From Thermoanaerobaculia bacterium (GTDB lineage: Bacteria > Acidobacteriota > Thermoanaerobaculia > Multivoradales > Multivoraceae), in NCBI GenBank assembly GCA_035546295.1, contig DATKBT010000052.1:36032-100031 (forward strand): 64,000 bases of DNA. Reading direction: 5' to 3'. Shown piece after piece: positions 38,735-50,360 of this stretch. Position numbers and translations under genes: made by a program. The first letter of the stretch is position 1, and each line of letters opens with the position of its first letter. The notes beneath the pieces were generated by a model, which saw nothing but the letters and a program-made list of their open reading frames with translations, was not told the origin of the DNA and ran no database searches.

Positions 38735-40897
38735 CTACATCCTGGCCAGCAGGGCCGCGTAGCGGGGATCGGCACGCAGCGGCTCGAAGTCGGAATCGTG
38801 CTCGATCCACTCCTTGTAGCCGAAGCCATTGTCGACCGCCTTCTCGAGCAGCTCCATCGCGTCGTCGGACTCGCCGGCGAGCGAGAACACGCACGCCACG
38901 TTGTACGCGATCAGCGGGTCGCTCGGATCGATCGCCAGCGCTCGCCGCCCCCACTCGAGCCCCCGCTCCCGCTGGCCGAGCTCCACCAGGGAGGTGGCGC
39001 CGAAGTAGAAGGCCCGTGCGTCGTCCGGGTTGAGCTCGATGCGCCCCTCGACGATCTGCAGGGTCTTGCGGGCCGCGGCCTCGACCCGGGCACGCGGGGC
39101 CCCCATCGAGACTAGCGCCTGGGTCATCAGGCGCGGCGCCTGGTAGTCCTCGGGGCGCAGCTCGCTCGCCTTCTCGAACAGCTCGATCGCCTTTTCGAAG
39201 CGTCCCTGGGCCTGGCAGTTGCGGCCGTAGAAGTAGTAGGCCTCGTAGAGCTTCGCGTTGCGGCGGATCGCGTCCTCGAACTCGGCCTCGGCTCCTTCGT
39301 AGTCCTTGGCGATGGTCAGAGCAAGGCCGCGCGAGGCGTGCGCCTCCGCGAGGTCCGGGTCCAGCTCGAGGGCCCGCTGGCTGTTGAAGTCGGCCTCGCG
39401 CCGATTGGCCTCGCTGCTCTCGGCGTACATGAACAGGAACGAGCAGCAGTCGGCGATCCCGGCGTAGGAGAGGGCGAACGCGGGATCGAGCTGGATCGCC
39501 TTGGCGTACATCTGCCGCGCGTAGTGGAAGCTCTTCTCGTTCATCTGGTAGAAGAACTTCCTGCCTCGCAGGTAGTACTCGTAGGCCTCGACGTTCTGGG
39601 TGGCGACGTTGCGCATCGCCCGCCGTTCCTTGGGCGAGAGCGTGAGCTCGAGAGCCTTGACGATGCTCTCCGAGATCTCGTCCTGGATGGTGAACACGTC
39701 CTCGAGCTGGCGGTCGTAGCGCTCGGACCACAGGCGGTAGCCGTCCTCGACGTTGACCAGCTGCGCGGTGATGCGCAGGCGGTTCCCCGACTTGCGGACG
39801 CTCCCCTCGAGGATCGAGCTGACGTCCAGGCGCCGCCCGATCTCGCGAACGTCGGAGGACGCGCCCTTGTACTGGAACGACGAGGTGCGCGACGCCACCC
39901 GCAGGCTCTCGAGCCGTCCGAGGCCGTTGATGATGTCCTCGGCGATGCCCTCGCAGAAGTAGTCCTGCTCCGGGTCGGGGCTCATGTTGAGGAAGGGGAG
40001 GACGGCGACCGAGGGAGGCCGCTTCTCCTCGACGTCTCCCCGGCCGGCCTCGCGCTCGATCTCCTCGAGCTCGAGGCGGAGGTCGCGCACCGACTGGAAG
40101 CGACGCTCGGGTGCCTTCTCGAGGCAGCGCCGGATGACCCGGGAGAGGTGGCCGGGCAGGTCCGAGCGGCCCTCGCCGACCTCGCCGGGGGCGTCGCGCA
40201 GGATCGACGAGATGAGCTGGGCCGAGCTGTCGCCCCGGAACGGGCGCTCGCCGGTGACCAGCTCGTAGAACATGATCCCGAGGGCGAAGATGTCGGTGCG
40301 ATGGTCCACCGGCTGCCCCTGCACCTGCTCCGGCGACATGTAGGGCATGGTCCCGAGCAGCGACCCGGCCTCGGTGAGGTTCTGGGTGTACGCGGCGGTG
40401 GCCTGCTGGTCCCCGGCGCTCGAGTCCTCGTGGAGCTTGGCGAGACCGAAGTCGAGCACCTTGAGGCGCCCGTCGGCCCCGACCATCGCGTTGGCCGGCT
40501 TGAGATCCCGGTGGGTGATCCCGCGATCGTGCGCGGCGATCAGCGCGTCGGCGAGCTGAAAGGCGATCTCCAGGAAGCGCGGGAGCGGCATGCCTCCGGG
40601 CCGCACCAGGTGGGTCAGCGGTTCGCCCTGGACCAGCTCCATGGTGAGGAAGGTCCGACCCTCGACCTCTTCGACCGAGTAGAGGGTGACGATGTTCGGG
40701 TGGTTCAGGGACGCCACCGCCTTGGCCTCGCGGCGGAAGCGCTGGAGTCGCTCCGGCTTGTCTTCCATCTGCGCCGGCAGGATCTTGAGGGCCACTCGCC
40801 GGCCCAACTGGATGTCCTCGGCGGCGTACACCTCACCCATGCCGCCTTCACCCAGCTTGGCGTCGATGCGGTAGTGCGACAGCGTCTCGCCGATCAC
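38735..40897 (-). CDS. Ser/Thr protein kinase with C-terminal TPR-repeat domain; start uncertain (ORF extends to 41179)
   Basis: Kinase subdomains GEGGMGEVY, VALK, HRDLKPAN, DFGLAK, SPE. C-terminal half has multiple TPR units. Confidence 0.8.
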   Translation of the reverse strand: MIGETLSHYRIDAKLGEGGMGEVYAAEDIQLGRRVALKILPAQMEDKPERLQRFRREAKAVASLNHPNIVTLYSVEEVEGRTFLTMELVQGEPLTHLVRPGGMPLPRFLEIAFQLADALIAAHDRGITHRDLKPANAMVGADGRLKVLDFGLAKLHEDSSAGDQQATAAYTQNLTEAGSLLGTMPYMSPEQVQGQPVDHRTDIFALGIMFYELVTGERPFRGDSSAQLISSILRDAPGEVGEGRSDLPGHLSRVIRRCLEKAPERRFQSVRDLRLELEEIEREAGRGDVEEKRPPSVAVLPFLNMSPDPEQDYFCEGIAEDIINGLGRLESLRVASRTSSFQYKGASSDVREIGRRLDVSSILEGSVRKSGNRLRITAQLVNVEDGYRLWSERYDRQLEDVFTIQDEISESIVKALELTLSPKERRAMRNVATQNVEAYEYYLRGRKFFYQMNEKSFHYARQMYAKAIQLDPAFALSYAGIADCCSFLFMYAESSEANRREADFNSQRALELDPDLAEAHASRGLALTIAKDYEGAEAEFEDAIRRNAKLYEAYYFYGRNCQAQGRFEKAIELFEKASELRPEDYQAPRLMTQALVSMGAPRARVEAAARKTLQIVEGRIELNPDDARAFYFGATSLVELGQRERGLEWGRRALAIDPSDPLIAYNVACVFSLAGESDDAMELLEKAVDNGFGYKEWIEHDSDFEPLRADPRYAALLARM

Positions 40898-41100
40898 GGT
40901 GAACGTCTCCTCGATCCGCGCGCGGGTGCGGCCGCTGGCAGGCTCCAGCGGGCCAGAACCGATCAGTGTAGCAGCGGGTCCTGAGCGACCCGGCAGGCGG
41001 CGATCCGCGCTTTCCGCTGGACGGCTCGGGGCGCTCGCAGCGGTCGGCCCGTGGAGGCTGTCGGGCCGCGGGCGCTCTCCGTATCTCGGCGGCAGCGGTG

Positions 41101-42101
41101 CTACGTCTCTCCCAGCTCCTCTTTCACCCTCCTCTCCAATTCCACCATCCCCTCGAAACCCCCGGCCAGCACCCGCCACTCGATCTCACGTCCCATCAAC
41201 AGCCGATCCACCTGGACCCAGAGATCCCGGTTCTTCACCGCGCTCCCCGATCCCGTCTTCCACCCCCGCGTCTTCCACCCCGGGAGCCACTCGCTCGCCC
41301 CCTTGCGCAGGTAATCGCCCGCGTGGATCGTCAAGGCGACTTCCTGTGGACACTCGTGGAGCACAGCGATTCCTGCCTCGAGCTCCAACCGGTTCGCCGA
41401 GGTCTCCCGTGACGATCCCGCCAGCACCTCCTGCTCGTCGCCCACCAGCAACAATGCCGCCCAGGCACCGTGCTTCCCGCGACACCGCACCTTGGTCCAG
41501 GCCGCCGCCTCCGTTGTCGGCGGACCCTGCGCTTCGTGGGCCGCGTCGACAGCACCCACGGCCCGTGCCCCGGCCCCAGCCATGTCGACGATCGCCGCCG
41601 TCGCCAGCTCGTCCGCCCGCTCGTTGTGCTCGTGGCCGGCGTGCCCCTTGAGCCAGTGCCAGCGCACGTGATGGCGCGCCTCCGCGTCGACCAGCCGCCG
41701 CCACAGGTCCTCGTTCTTCACCGGCTCGAGCTGGTCGCCGACCTTGCGCTTCCACCCGCGCCGCATCCAGTTCTGGACCCACTGCATGACGCCGCGCCGC
41801 ACGTAGGTCGAGTCGGTGTGCACGTCGACGGTGGCGCCTTCGGGAAGGTGCTCGAGCGCCGAGATGGCGGCGGTGAGCTCCATTCGATTGTTGGTGGTGT
41901 GCGAGTCGGAGCCCGAGAGCTCCTCGACCACCTGGCCTCTCGCCGCGTCGAGGATCACGGCGCCCCAGCCACCGGGGCCGGGGTTGGGGCGGGCGCCGCC
42001 GTCGGTATAGACCTCGAAGCGCGATGGGCCGCCGCGGCGCGGTCCGTCCTGCACGCCCTCCCTGCGCTCTCGCACCGAGCGGCTCTCGAGCCGCCGAGCC
42101 G

Positions 42102-42105
<4 letters not shown>
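41101..42105 (-). CDS. Tandem RNase H-domain protein (canonical RNase HI domain + second degenerate RNase H-like domain), GTG start overlapping prfC stop (GTGA)
   Basis: First domain VYTDGGARPNPGPGGWGAVI...NNRMELTAAISAL...HWLKGHAGHEHNERADELA; second domain repeats the fold at residues ~200-330. Confidence 0.7.
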
Positions 42106-43696
<1,591 letters not shown>

Positions 43697-43700
<4 letters not shown>

Positions 43701-44401
43701 CGATCGCGCGGAGCCGCGCCTTCGCTGCCCGCGCCCTGATCACCGGAGCCCTGATCAGCGGAGCCCTGTCCTCCGGAGCCCTGTCCTCCCGAGCCGTGCT
43801 CTCCCGAGCCCTGCTCGCCGGCGCTGGGCTCGCCGCGCTCGATCCGACCCCACATGTGCCCGCCGAACGCGCCGTGCTGCCAGGTCCCGGCGTAGCGGTC
43901 GCCGTGGATCATCACGCGCACCGTGAAAGTGCCGAGCCCCTCGACCTCCTGGTCGGTCATGGTCAGCATGGGAGTGTCGTCGGCCCAGACCACGCGCACG
44001 GGGATGTCGAAGGTGGTCCCCGGGCTGTTGCCCGAGGAACCCTGGTTGCCGCCGTAGCTCATCGTGTAGTGGAAGATCCAGACGTCGCCTTCGCCCTTCT
44101 CGAGCTCCGAGACCGAGTACAGGTCCGGGCGCGGAGCGTCGCCGGTCTGGCCGGTGTCGACCGTGAACTCGCCGACCAGGCGCGCTCCCGTCATCAGCGC
44201 CTCGAAGCGGGCGTCGCGGTCGGCCTGCTCGGCCACACCCTGGCCCCCAGCGCCCGGCGCGGCTGGACTCGCGATGCCTGCGCTGCCGACCACGATGCCG
44301 AGGACGACCGCCATCATCGAAGGCAGCCGGTGGGCGAGCCGGGCGGATCGGGCGGCGACGCGTGGCGGCGCCGAGGTGGTCGAGCGAGGAGGCATGGACA
44401 T
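43697..44401 (-). CDS. Secreted hypothetical protein with C-terminal G/S/Q-rich repeats
   Basis: Signal-like MMAVVLGIVVGSAGIASPA; C-terminus GEQGSGEHGSGGQGSGGQGSADQGSGDQGAG encoded by tandem 15-nt DNA repeats at ~43740-43830. Confidence 0.5.
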
Positions 44402-44609
44402 CTGGTTCGAGAGAGCAGCGCGACGCGCGCGAACGGTAACGAACGGTGAAGTGGCTGGATCGCGGCCGGCGATCTCGACGATCAGACGAGATCATAGCGG
44501 GCAACACGCGAGAACCGAACGGGCGGTATCCTGTGGGTTCTCGGCCGCGGCGAGCTGCGACGCCCGCGGGTCGAGTGGAGCCTATCTGAGCGAACCCCGG
44601 GAGATCATC

Positions 44610-45494
44610 GTGCCGAAGCCATCGGGGCCTCCGCGGAGCGTGGCGCAGCCGGCGGCCAGCCCAGAGATCGACGGGCTCGCGCATTGGCTGGAAGCCTCTC
44701 GCTGGTCGATCCCCCTGCCGGGGACGGTCGACGTCTGGGCGGTCGACCTCAGGTCGCCGCAGGGGGAGCCCGACCTTTTGGACGGCATCGAGCGGGCCCG
44801 GGCCGATCGCTTCGTCGTCGACGCGCCTCGCCGGCAGTTCGCGCGCGCCCGCGCCGCCCTGCGCCGGATCCTCGGCCGGTCGCTCGGGCTCGAGCCTCGA
44901 GCGATCGGCTTCGAGATCGGCCCCCACGGCCGCCCTTCGCTGGCCGGAGACCCGATGCGTGCGGCCTCGGGCGCGATCGACTTCAACCTGTCGCACTCGG
45001 GTGACCTGGCCCTGGTCGCGGTCGCCTTTACCCCGGCCGGGCGCACGGTGCAGATCGGCGTCGACGTCGAGGAGGAGCGTGAGAGCCGGCCGCTCGACCG
45101 CTTGGCCGAGCGCTTCTTCGCCCCCGAGGAGGTCTGCCAGTACGACTCGATCGCGCCCGCCGCTCGCGCGGCGGCCTTCCACCGGGCATGGACTCGCAAG
45201 GAGGCGTACCTCAAGGCCTGGGGCACGGGACTCACCTTCTCGTCGCGCCGCTTCGCGATCGACCTCGAGGCCGAGACCGGCTCCGGCGGCGCCCCGCTGC
45301 TGCGGTCCACCGAGATGCCCGCCGACGACGGCTCGGGCTGGCGGTTCTACGACCTGGCGCCCGCCTCGCGGTACCGTGGCGCGCTGTGTCTGCGCGGTCC
45401 GCTCGAGGCGGTCCGTCGCTTCAGGCTCGAACCGGGTGTTGTCGGGTCCGAGAAGAGTGCTCGGGAGGACGAGGCGAAGGGGGAGGTGCGATGA
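44610..45494 (+). CDS. Sfp-type 4-prime-phosphopantetheinyl transferase; start uncertain
   Basis: Motifs FNLSHSGDLALVAV, GVDVEE, WTRKEAYLKAWG. Confidence 0.7.
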   Translation: MPKPSGPPRSVAQPAASPEIDGLAHWLEASRWSIPLPGTVDVWAVDLRSPQGEPDLLDGIERARADRFVVDAPRRQFARARAALRRILGRSLGLEPRAIGFEIGPHGRPSLAGDPMRAASGAIDFNLSHSGDLALVAVAFTPAGRTVQIGVDVEEERESRPLDRLAERFFAPEEVCQYDSIAPAARAAAFHRAWTRKEAYLKAWGTGLTFSSRRFAIDLEAETGSGGAPLLRSTEMPADDGSGWRFYDLAPASRYRGALCLRGPLEAVRRFRLEPGVVGSEKSAREDEAKGEVR

Positions 45495-45717
45495 CGCTCG
45501 TTCAGAAGAATCGTCGAGCCGCGTGATCAGGGGGCGCGAGCCGGGCGCTCGCGAACTGCGAAGGGCCGGCCGAGTGTTCTCGGTCCCAGACCGCTGTCGA
45601 GGGCAGGATCCACGGGTCCGGTAGGTTCGGGGCGCCGAAGCTCGTGCGCCGGGAGCCGTCCGAGGGATCGTCCGGCGCCGCGAAGCTCGGTTCGATGGAC
45701 CACCGAGGAGCTCGACG

Positions 45718-47022
45718 ATGAACGACAACCGCTTCTTTTCGGCCGAGGAGTACCGAGCACGGCTCGAGCGGCTCCGCGCGGCGATGGCCGAGGAGGGCCT
45801 CGACGCGTGCCTGCTGTCGAGCCCCGAGAACATCTACTATCTCACCGGCCTCGATCACCAGGGCTACTTCGCCTACCAGCTCCTGGTCGTGGGGACGACC
45901 GGCGAGCCGATCCTGGTCACCCGCGCCATGGAGCGCGCGGTGGTGCGTGACCAGGTGCCGAACGTCCGCCACGTCGGCTACTCCGACGGCGTCGCGCCGA
46001 TTCCCGCGCCGGAGACCCCCGCCGAGGATCTGGTGCTGGCCGAGCCGACCGACGAGGGGCGCGTGTTCGGGCTCGAGCCCTGGTCGACGAGCCTGGGGAT
46101 GCCGACCGCGGGAGCGACCCGAGAGCCTCCGAGCGTGACGGCGGCGGTGGCCGCGACCTGCGGCGCGATCGAGGAGGCGGGGCTGTCGGAGGCCACGCTG
46201 GGCTTCGAGCAGGGTTCGAGCTTCCTGCCCTATCGCATCGCGCGCGGGATCGTCGACGGGCTGCCGGCGGTCTCGTGGCGAGACGCCTCGGGGCTGGTCG
46301 ACCGCCTACGCATGATCCAGTCGCCGCGCGAGCTCGCCTGCACGCGCGAGGCGGCGAAGGTCTCCGACGCCATGATGCTGGCCGGCATCGCGGCCGCCGG
46401 CGCCGGCGTGCCCAAGCGGGACGTGATGGCTGCGGTCTACGACGCGATGTTCCGGCGGGGCGGCACCTACCCCGGCTTCGTCCCCCTGGTGCGTTCGACC
46501 CGCACCCTCGAGCACGAGCACGGCACCTGGGACGATGGCCGGCTGCGTCAGCGCGACGTGCTCTTCCTCGAGCTCGCCGGCTGCGTCCGCCGCTACCACG
46601 CTCCGACCGGCAGGCTGGTGTTCATCGGCAGCGCTCCGAACAGGACGCACAGGATCCACGACGTGTGCGTCGCGGCTACCGAGCGCGCGGCGGACTCGAT
46701 CGGCCCCGGGGTCCGCGCTCGCGAGGTCTACCGCGCCTGGCAGGAGGTCGTGGACGGCGCCGGGCTGGCCGGATACCGGCGCCATCACTGCGGGTACTCG
46801 GTCGGCATCGGCTTTCCGCCGAGTTGGTCGGGCAGCGGCGTGCCGCAGGGACTACGGGCCGACTCCGAGCTCGAGCTCCAGGCCGGGATGGTCTTCCACT
46901 TGATGTCCTGGCTGCTGCGCACCGGACGGGGCGACTCGTTCCTGTCCGACACCATCGTGGTCACCGACCGCGGCGCCGAGCTGCTCACGCGGAGCTCGCG
47001 AGAGGTCCTGGTGCGCCGCTGA
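45718..47022 (+). CDS. M24-family metallopeptidase (creatinase N-terminal domain + Xaa-Pro peptidase/ectoine-hydrolase-like catalytic domain)
   Basis: Pita-bread fold metal ligands, e.g. HHCGYSVGIGFPP and GMVFHLM. Confidence 0.75.
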   Translation: MNDNRFFSAEEYRARLERLRAAMAEEGLDACLLSSPENIYYLTGLDHQGYFAYQLLVVGTTGEPILVTRAMERAVVRDQVPNVRHVGYSDGVAPIPAPETPAEDLVLAEPTDEGRVFGLEPWSTSLGMPTAGATREPPSVTAAVAATCGAIEEAGLSEATLGFEQGSSFLPYRIARGIVDGLPAVSWRDASGLVDRLRMIQSPRELACTREAAKVSDAMMLAGIAAAGAGVPKRDVMAAVYDAMFRRGGTYPGFVPLVRSTRTLEHEHGTWDDGRLRQRDVLFLELAGCVRRYHAPTGRLVFIGSAPNRTHRIHDVCVAATERAADSIGPGVRAREVYRAWQEVVDGAGLAGYRRHHCGYSVGIGFPPSWSGSGVPQGLRADSELELQAGMVFHLMSWLLRTGRGDSFLSDTIVVTDRGAELLTRSSREVLVRR

Positions 47023-47066
47023 CGGCGCCGGAGCGGTGCGTCGCTGAGGCTCCTCGCGCAGCGTCC

Positions 47067-48044
47067 TCAGAGATCGACCCAGAGCCCGGCGGAGAGGTAG
47101 CTCTCGGAGTCCTGGAAGAACTCTCCGAGCGGCGGGCGCCCGTCGACGTACGCGATGCCGGCGCGCCACACCCGACCGCCCGCCGGGAACAGCAGTCCGG
47201 CCTGCAGCGCCCAGTCCGTCCGCCAATCGCGCTCCTCCCAACTCGACAGGTCGGCAGCCGCGTACCAGCCGAAGCGGCCGCCCCCCGCGAACCGGTCCCG
47301 GTCCTCGAACACCAGCCCGACCTGGACCCGCCAGGGGCGCTGTAGATCGATCCTGAGCTCGTGGGCGTGTGCCGCCTCCAGATAGGCGCGCCAACTCGCC
47401 GAGAGGTCGAGATTGAGGCCCGCCAACAGCTCCTCGCGCGTGTAGCCGATGCGGCCGCGCCCGGTGCGCTCCAGGTACTCGTCGCCGACGTGGGCCGAGG
47501 TGTGGAGCAGGCCGGCCTTCCAGGCGAGCCGGGGCCCGCGTGCGGCGGTGACCGTCAAGCCGTAGAAGCCGTCCCAACCGATGTTGTCCTGGGAGGCGTC
47601 GTTGTCGAACTGCCCCGCGAACCCGGCCTCGATGCCGAGCTGCAGGCTGCGGCTCGGATTGGCCCTGGGGCGCAGTCGCAGCACTCCGAAGCGCCCGCCG
47701 AGCCTGAGGAACATGCGCGAGTCGCCCGAGCCGGCGATGCCCGAGGACCCCATCGCGAGCAGCTCGACCGAGTTGGTGAGCCGGTGGGGAGAGGCGACGT
47801 TCGGCGGGTACGGATCGGTGCTCGGAAACAGGTCGAAGGCCCATCTCCGGCTCTCGATCGGCTCGATCGGCTCGATCGGCTCGAGGGGATCCTGAGCAGC
47901 GGCGGCGCCTCCGAGCAGAGCGCACAGCGCCGCCAGTAGACCAGTGCTCGCGCTCTTTTGGCCGAGGCACGACCGTTCGCGAGAGCTCCGGGCGGCGAAG
48001 CTCCCGAGCGCACGCTCCGGAAGACCTGGGCCGGTCGACAGCAT
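47067..48044 (-). CDS. DUF1207 family protein (secreted/outer-membrane associated); start uncertain
   Basis: Signal-like LLAALCALLGGAAAA, then ESRRWAFDLFPS and a beta-rich body typical of DUF1207. Confidence 0.5.
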   Translation of the reverse strand: MLSTGPGLPERALGSFAARSSRERSCLGQKSASTGLLAALCALLGGAAAAQDPLEPIEPIEPIESRRWAFDLFPSTDPYPPNVASPHRLTNSVELLAMGSSGIAGSGDSRMFLRLGGRFGVLRLRPRANPSRSLQLGIEAGFAGQFDNDASQDNIGWDGFYGLTVTAARGPRLAWKAGLLHTSAHVGDEYLERTGRGRIGYTREELLAGLNLDLSASWRAYLEAAHAHELRIDLQRPWRVQVGLVFEDRDRFAGGGRFGWYAAADLSSWEERDWRTDWALQAGLLFPAGGRVWRAGIAYVDGRPPLGEFFQDSESYLSAGLWVDL

Positions 48045-48718
48045 TGGGTCAAGATACCGCGAACGCGAAGACGGTTGCCCGTGTTCTGGAGAGTGTGACG
48101 GCACGAAGCTCCCTTACCGGTGGCGAGACCCTCGCCGCGCAGGTCAGCCTCGACGGGCTGGCGGCGAGCATCCATGCCCGCACCGCCGGCGCGTTCGAGC
48201 GGCTGGTCGGGTACTTCGAGAAGCCGCTCTTCAACTACGTCCAGCGCCTGGTCCCCAGCCTCCCGGATGCCCAGGAGGTGGTCCAGGACACCTTCCTGCG
48301 CGCCCACAAGGCGCTCACCCGGCAGTACTCGAGCGACCGGTGCCAATCGCTGGCGCTGCGCCCGTGGCTGTTCCGGATCGCCCGCAACCTCTCCCACAAC
48401 AAGCGGCGCGGGCTGCGCCACCGCGTCGAGTGTCAGATGCCCGACGACCACGAGCAGCGCCTCGCGCCGCTCGACGGCGTCGCGGTGCTGTGCACGGTCG
48501 AGCAACGCCAGGAGCTCGAACGGTTGGAGCGCGCGATGGCGGCGCTGCCGCTGGCTAGCCGCGAGCTCGTGGTGCTGCGCTTCATCGAGGAGATGTCATA
48601 CGCCGAGATCGCGGCCACCACCGGACAGGGGGAGGCGGCGCTGCGCGGCAAGGTGTTCCGGGCGCTCCAGCAGCTGCGCGATGCGCTCGCCCGACAGGAG
48701 GATCGACATGCGATGTGA
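48044..48718 (+). CDS. ECF-subfamily RNA polymerase sigma-70 factor
   Basis: Region 2 VQDTFLRAHKAL...RPWLFRIARN; region 4 LVVLRFIEEMSYAEIAATTGQGEAALRGKVFRALQQLR. Confidence 0.8.
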   Translation: MGQDTANAKTVARVLESVTARSSLTGGETLAAQVSLDGLAASIHARTAGAFERLVGYFEKPLFNYVQRLVPSLPDAQEVVQDTFLRAHKALTRQYSSDRCQSLALRPWLFRIARNLSHNKRRGLRHRVECQMPDDHEQRLAPLDGVAVLCTVEQRQELERLERAMAALPLASRELVVLRFIEEMSYAEIAATTGQGEAALRGKVFRALQQLRDALARQEDRHAM

Positions 48719-49604
48719 GAGTGCCCTGCTCCGGCTCGACGAGCTGCGCACCGGCGAGCTCGCCTCCGCGGAGGCGGAGGCGGTGCGTCGTCATCTCGAG
48801 GACTGCCACCACTGCGCGGGTGCGAATCGCGCGTTGCGCGAGGTGGCGGGCGCTGCCCCCGGCCTGCTCGGCGAGCTGCCGAGCTCGTGCGCCGACGAGC
48901 TCGCCCGCCGGCTGTTCGACCACTGGTCGCGCATGCGCGCCGAGGGGCTCGACCTGTGGGTGGCGTTCTCGGAGCGCGGGCTCACCGAGATCGTGCCGAC
49001 GTCGGCGAAGAGCTTCGAGTCGTTCTCCTGGGAGCACGCCCGGCGCACCGGCAAGGAGCTGCGCGAGGACGAGCTGCCGGCGCCGCTCGCCGAGCAGGTC
49101 GAGCAAGCGGCGGCCGGCCTCGGTGTCGCCGCGCCCGCGGTCGACCTCTCCTGGCTGCCTCCGTTCGAACGGCAGGTGCTACGCACCCTCTCCGAGATCC
49201 CCGGCGGCGAGCTGCGCAGCTACGCCTGGGTGGCGCGCGAGGCGGGTCGCCCCACCGCGGTCCGGGCGGTGGGTAACGCCTGCGCCCGCAACCCGGTGCC
49301 GCTGGTGGTCCCGTGCCACCGGGTGGTGCCGGCGGCGGGCGGGATCGGCGGCTACGCCTTCGGCTCGGAGATGAAACGCGAGATCCTCGAGCGCGAGGGG
49401 GTCGACCTCGGGCTGGTCGACCAGCTCGAGCGGCGGCACGCGAAGTACGTGACCGTCGACGACCACTGGTACTGCTTCCCGACCTGTCGCTCGTTGCGCG
49501 GAGTCGGTCGCGACCAGATCGAGCCGGTGCGCGATGAGCGCGAGGCGGCGGCGCGCGGGCTCCAGCCCTGCGACGAGTGCCGCCCGCTGGAGCTGGCGTC
49601 GTGA
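48708..49604 (+). CDS. Anti-sigma factor (zf-HC2) fused to an O6-alkylguanine-DNA alkyltransferase (MGMT/Ogt) domain and a C-terminal Cys4 zinc ribbon
   Basis: ATG 8 nt inside the sigma-factor 3-prime end. N-terminal HLEDCHHCAGANRAL. Central FERQVLRTLSEIPGGELRSYAWVAREAGRPTAVRAVGNACARNPVPLVVPCHRVV with intact PCHRV active site. C-terminal CFPTC...CDEC. Confidence 0.7.
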   Translation: MRCESALLRLDELRTGELASAEAEAVRRHLEDCHHCAGANRALREVAGAAPGLLGELPSSCADELARRLFDHWSRMRAEGLDLWVAFSERGLTEIVPTSAKSFESFSWEHARRTGKELREDELPAPLAEQVEQAAAGLGVAAPAVDLSWLPPFERQVLRTLSEIPGGELRSYAWVAREAGRPTAVRAVGNACARNPVPLVVPCHRVVPAAGGIGGYAFGSEMKREILEREGVDLGLVDQLERRHAKYVTVDDHWYCFPTCRSLRGVGRDQIEPVRDEREAAARGLQPCDECRPLELAS

Positions 49605-50335
49605 GCCTGGCGTTGGCAGAACGGCCGGTGCGCCTCCCCACGGTTGCCGTACCGGAGCGCCCGACCTTCCACGCGGTGTCGCGGCCGGCGACGGCGCTCT
49701 CCGGTGACTTCTACCTCGCCCACCCGCGCTCCGACGGCTGGCTGCTCGGGCTCGGGGACGTCGCGGGCCACGGGCTCGACGCCGCGGTGTTCATGCTGAT
49801 GATCCAGGAGGAGATCGAACGACTCGCGCACGCCGGAGCGTCGCTCCCGCTCCTGGTGGCGGAGCTCCACATGGTGCTGCGCCGCGAGCTGCCGAGCAGG
49901 AGCTTCGTGTCGCTGGTATTGGTGCGCCTGGAGCCCGACGGCGGGCTGGAGGCGCTCAACGCCGGGCACTGCCCTCCGCTGCTGCGCAGGGCCGACGGGA
50001 TGATCGAGCCGCTGCTCCCCGGCGGTCCGATCGTCGGCGCGCTGCCCTGCTCGCGCTGGACCTCACGGAGGACCCGGCTGGGCGCCGGCGACACCCTGCT
50101 GGTGTTCTCGGACGGGGTCACCGAGACGACCTCGCGAGCGGGCGAGGAGTTCGGGATGGGGCGGATCGGCGCGACGCTCTGGCGTCACGGGTCGCTCGAG
50201 CCGCGGCGGCTCGCCGAGCGCCTGCTCGACGAGCTCGAGGCGTTCCGCGGCGGCGCCGCCGCCCACGACGACACGACCGTGCTGGTCGCGCGCGCCGTGG
50301 AATCCGCGGCGGCCCCCGCGGGCGGGGTCGGCTGA
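49601..50335 (+). CDS. PP2C-family (SpoIIE/RsbU-like) serine phosphatase domain protein, GTG start overlapping upstream stop
   Basis: GDVAGHGLDAAVFM, VFSDGVTE, AHDDTTVLVA metal-binding motifs. Confidence 0.7.
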   Translation: MSLALAERPVRLPTVAVPERPTFHAVSRPATALSGDFYLAHPRSDGWLLGLGDVAGHGLDAAVFMLMIQEEIERLAHAGASLPLLVAELHMVLRRELPSRSFVSLVLVRLEPDGGLEALNAGHCPPLLRRADGMIEPLLPGGPIVGALPCSRWTSRRTRLGAGDTLLVFSDGVTETTSRAGEEFGMGRIGATLWRHGSLEPRRLAERLLDELEAFRGGAAAHDDTTVLVARAVESAAAPAGGVG

Positions 50336-50360
50336 GATCTCCGCAGACGCGCGATGCTGG

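Noticed and set aside
38652-39731. 359-aa minus ORF overlapping the kinase TPR region in another frame
   Set aside because: Alternate-frame artefact. The kinase frame carries the TPR consensus.
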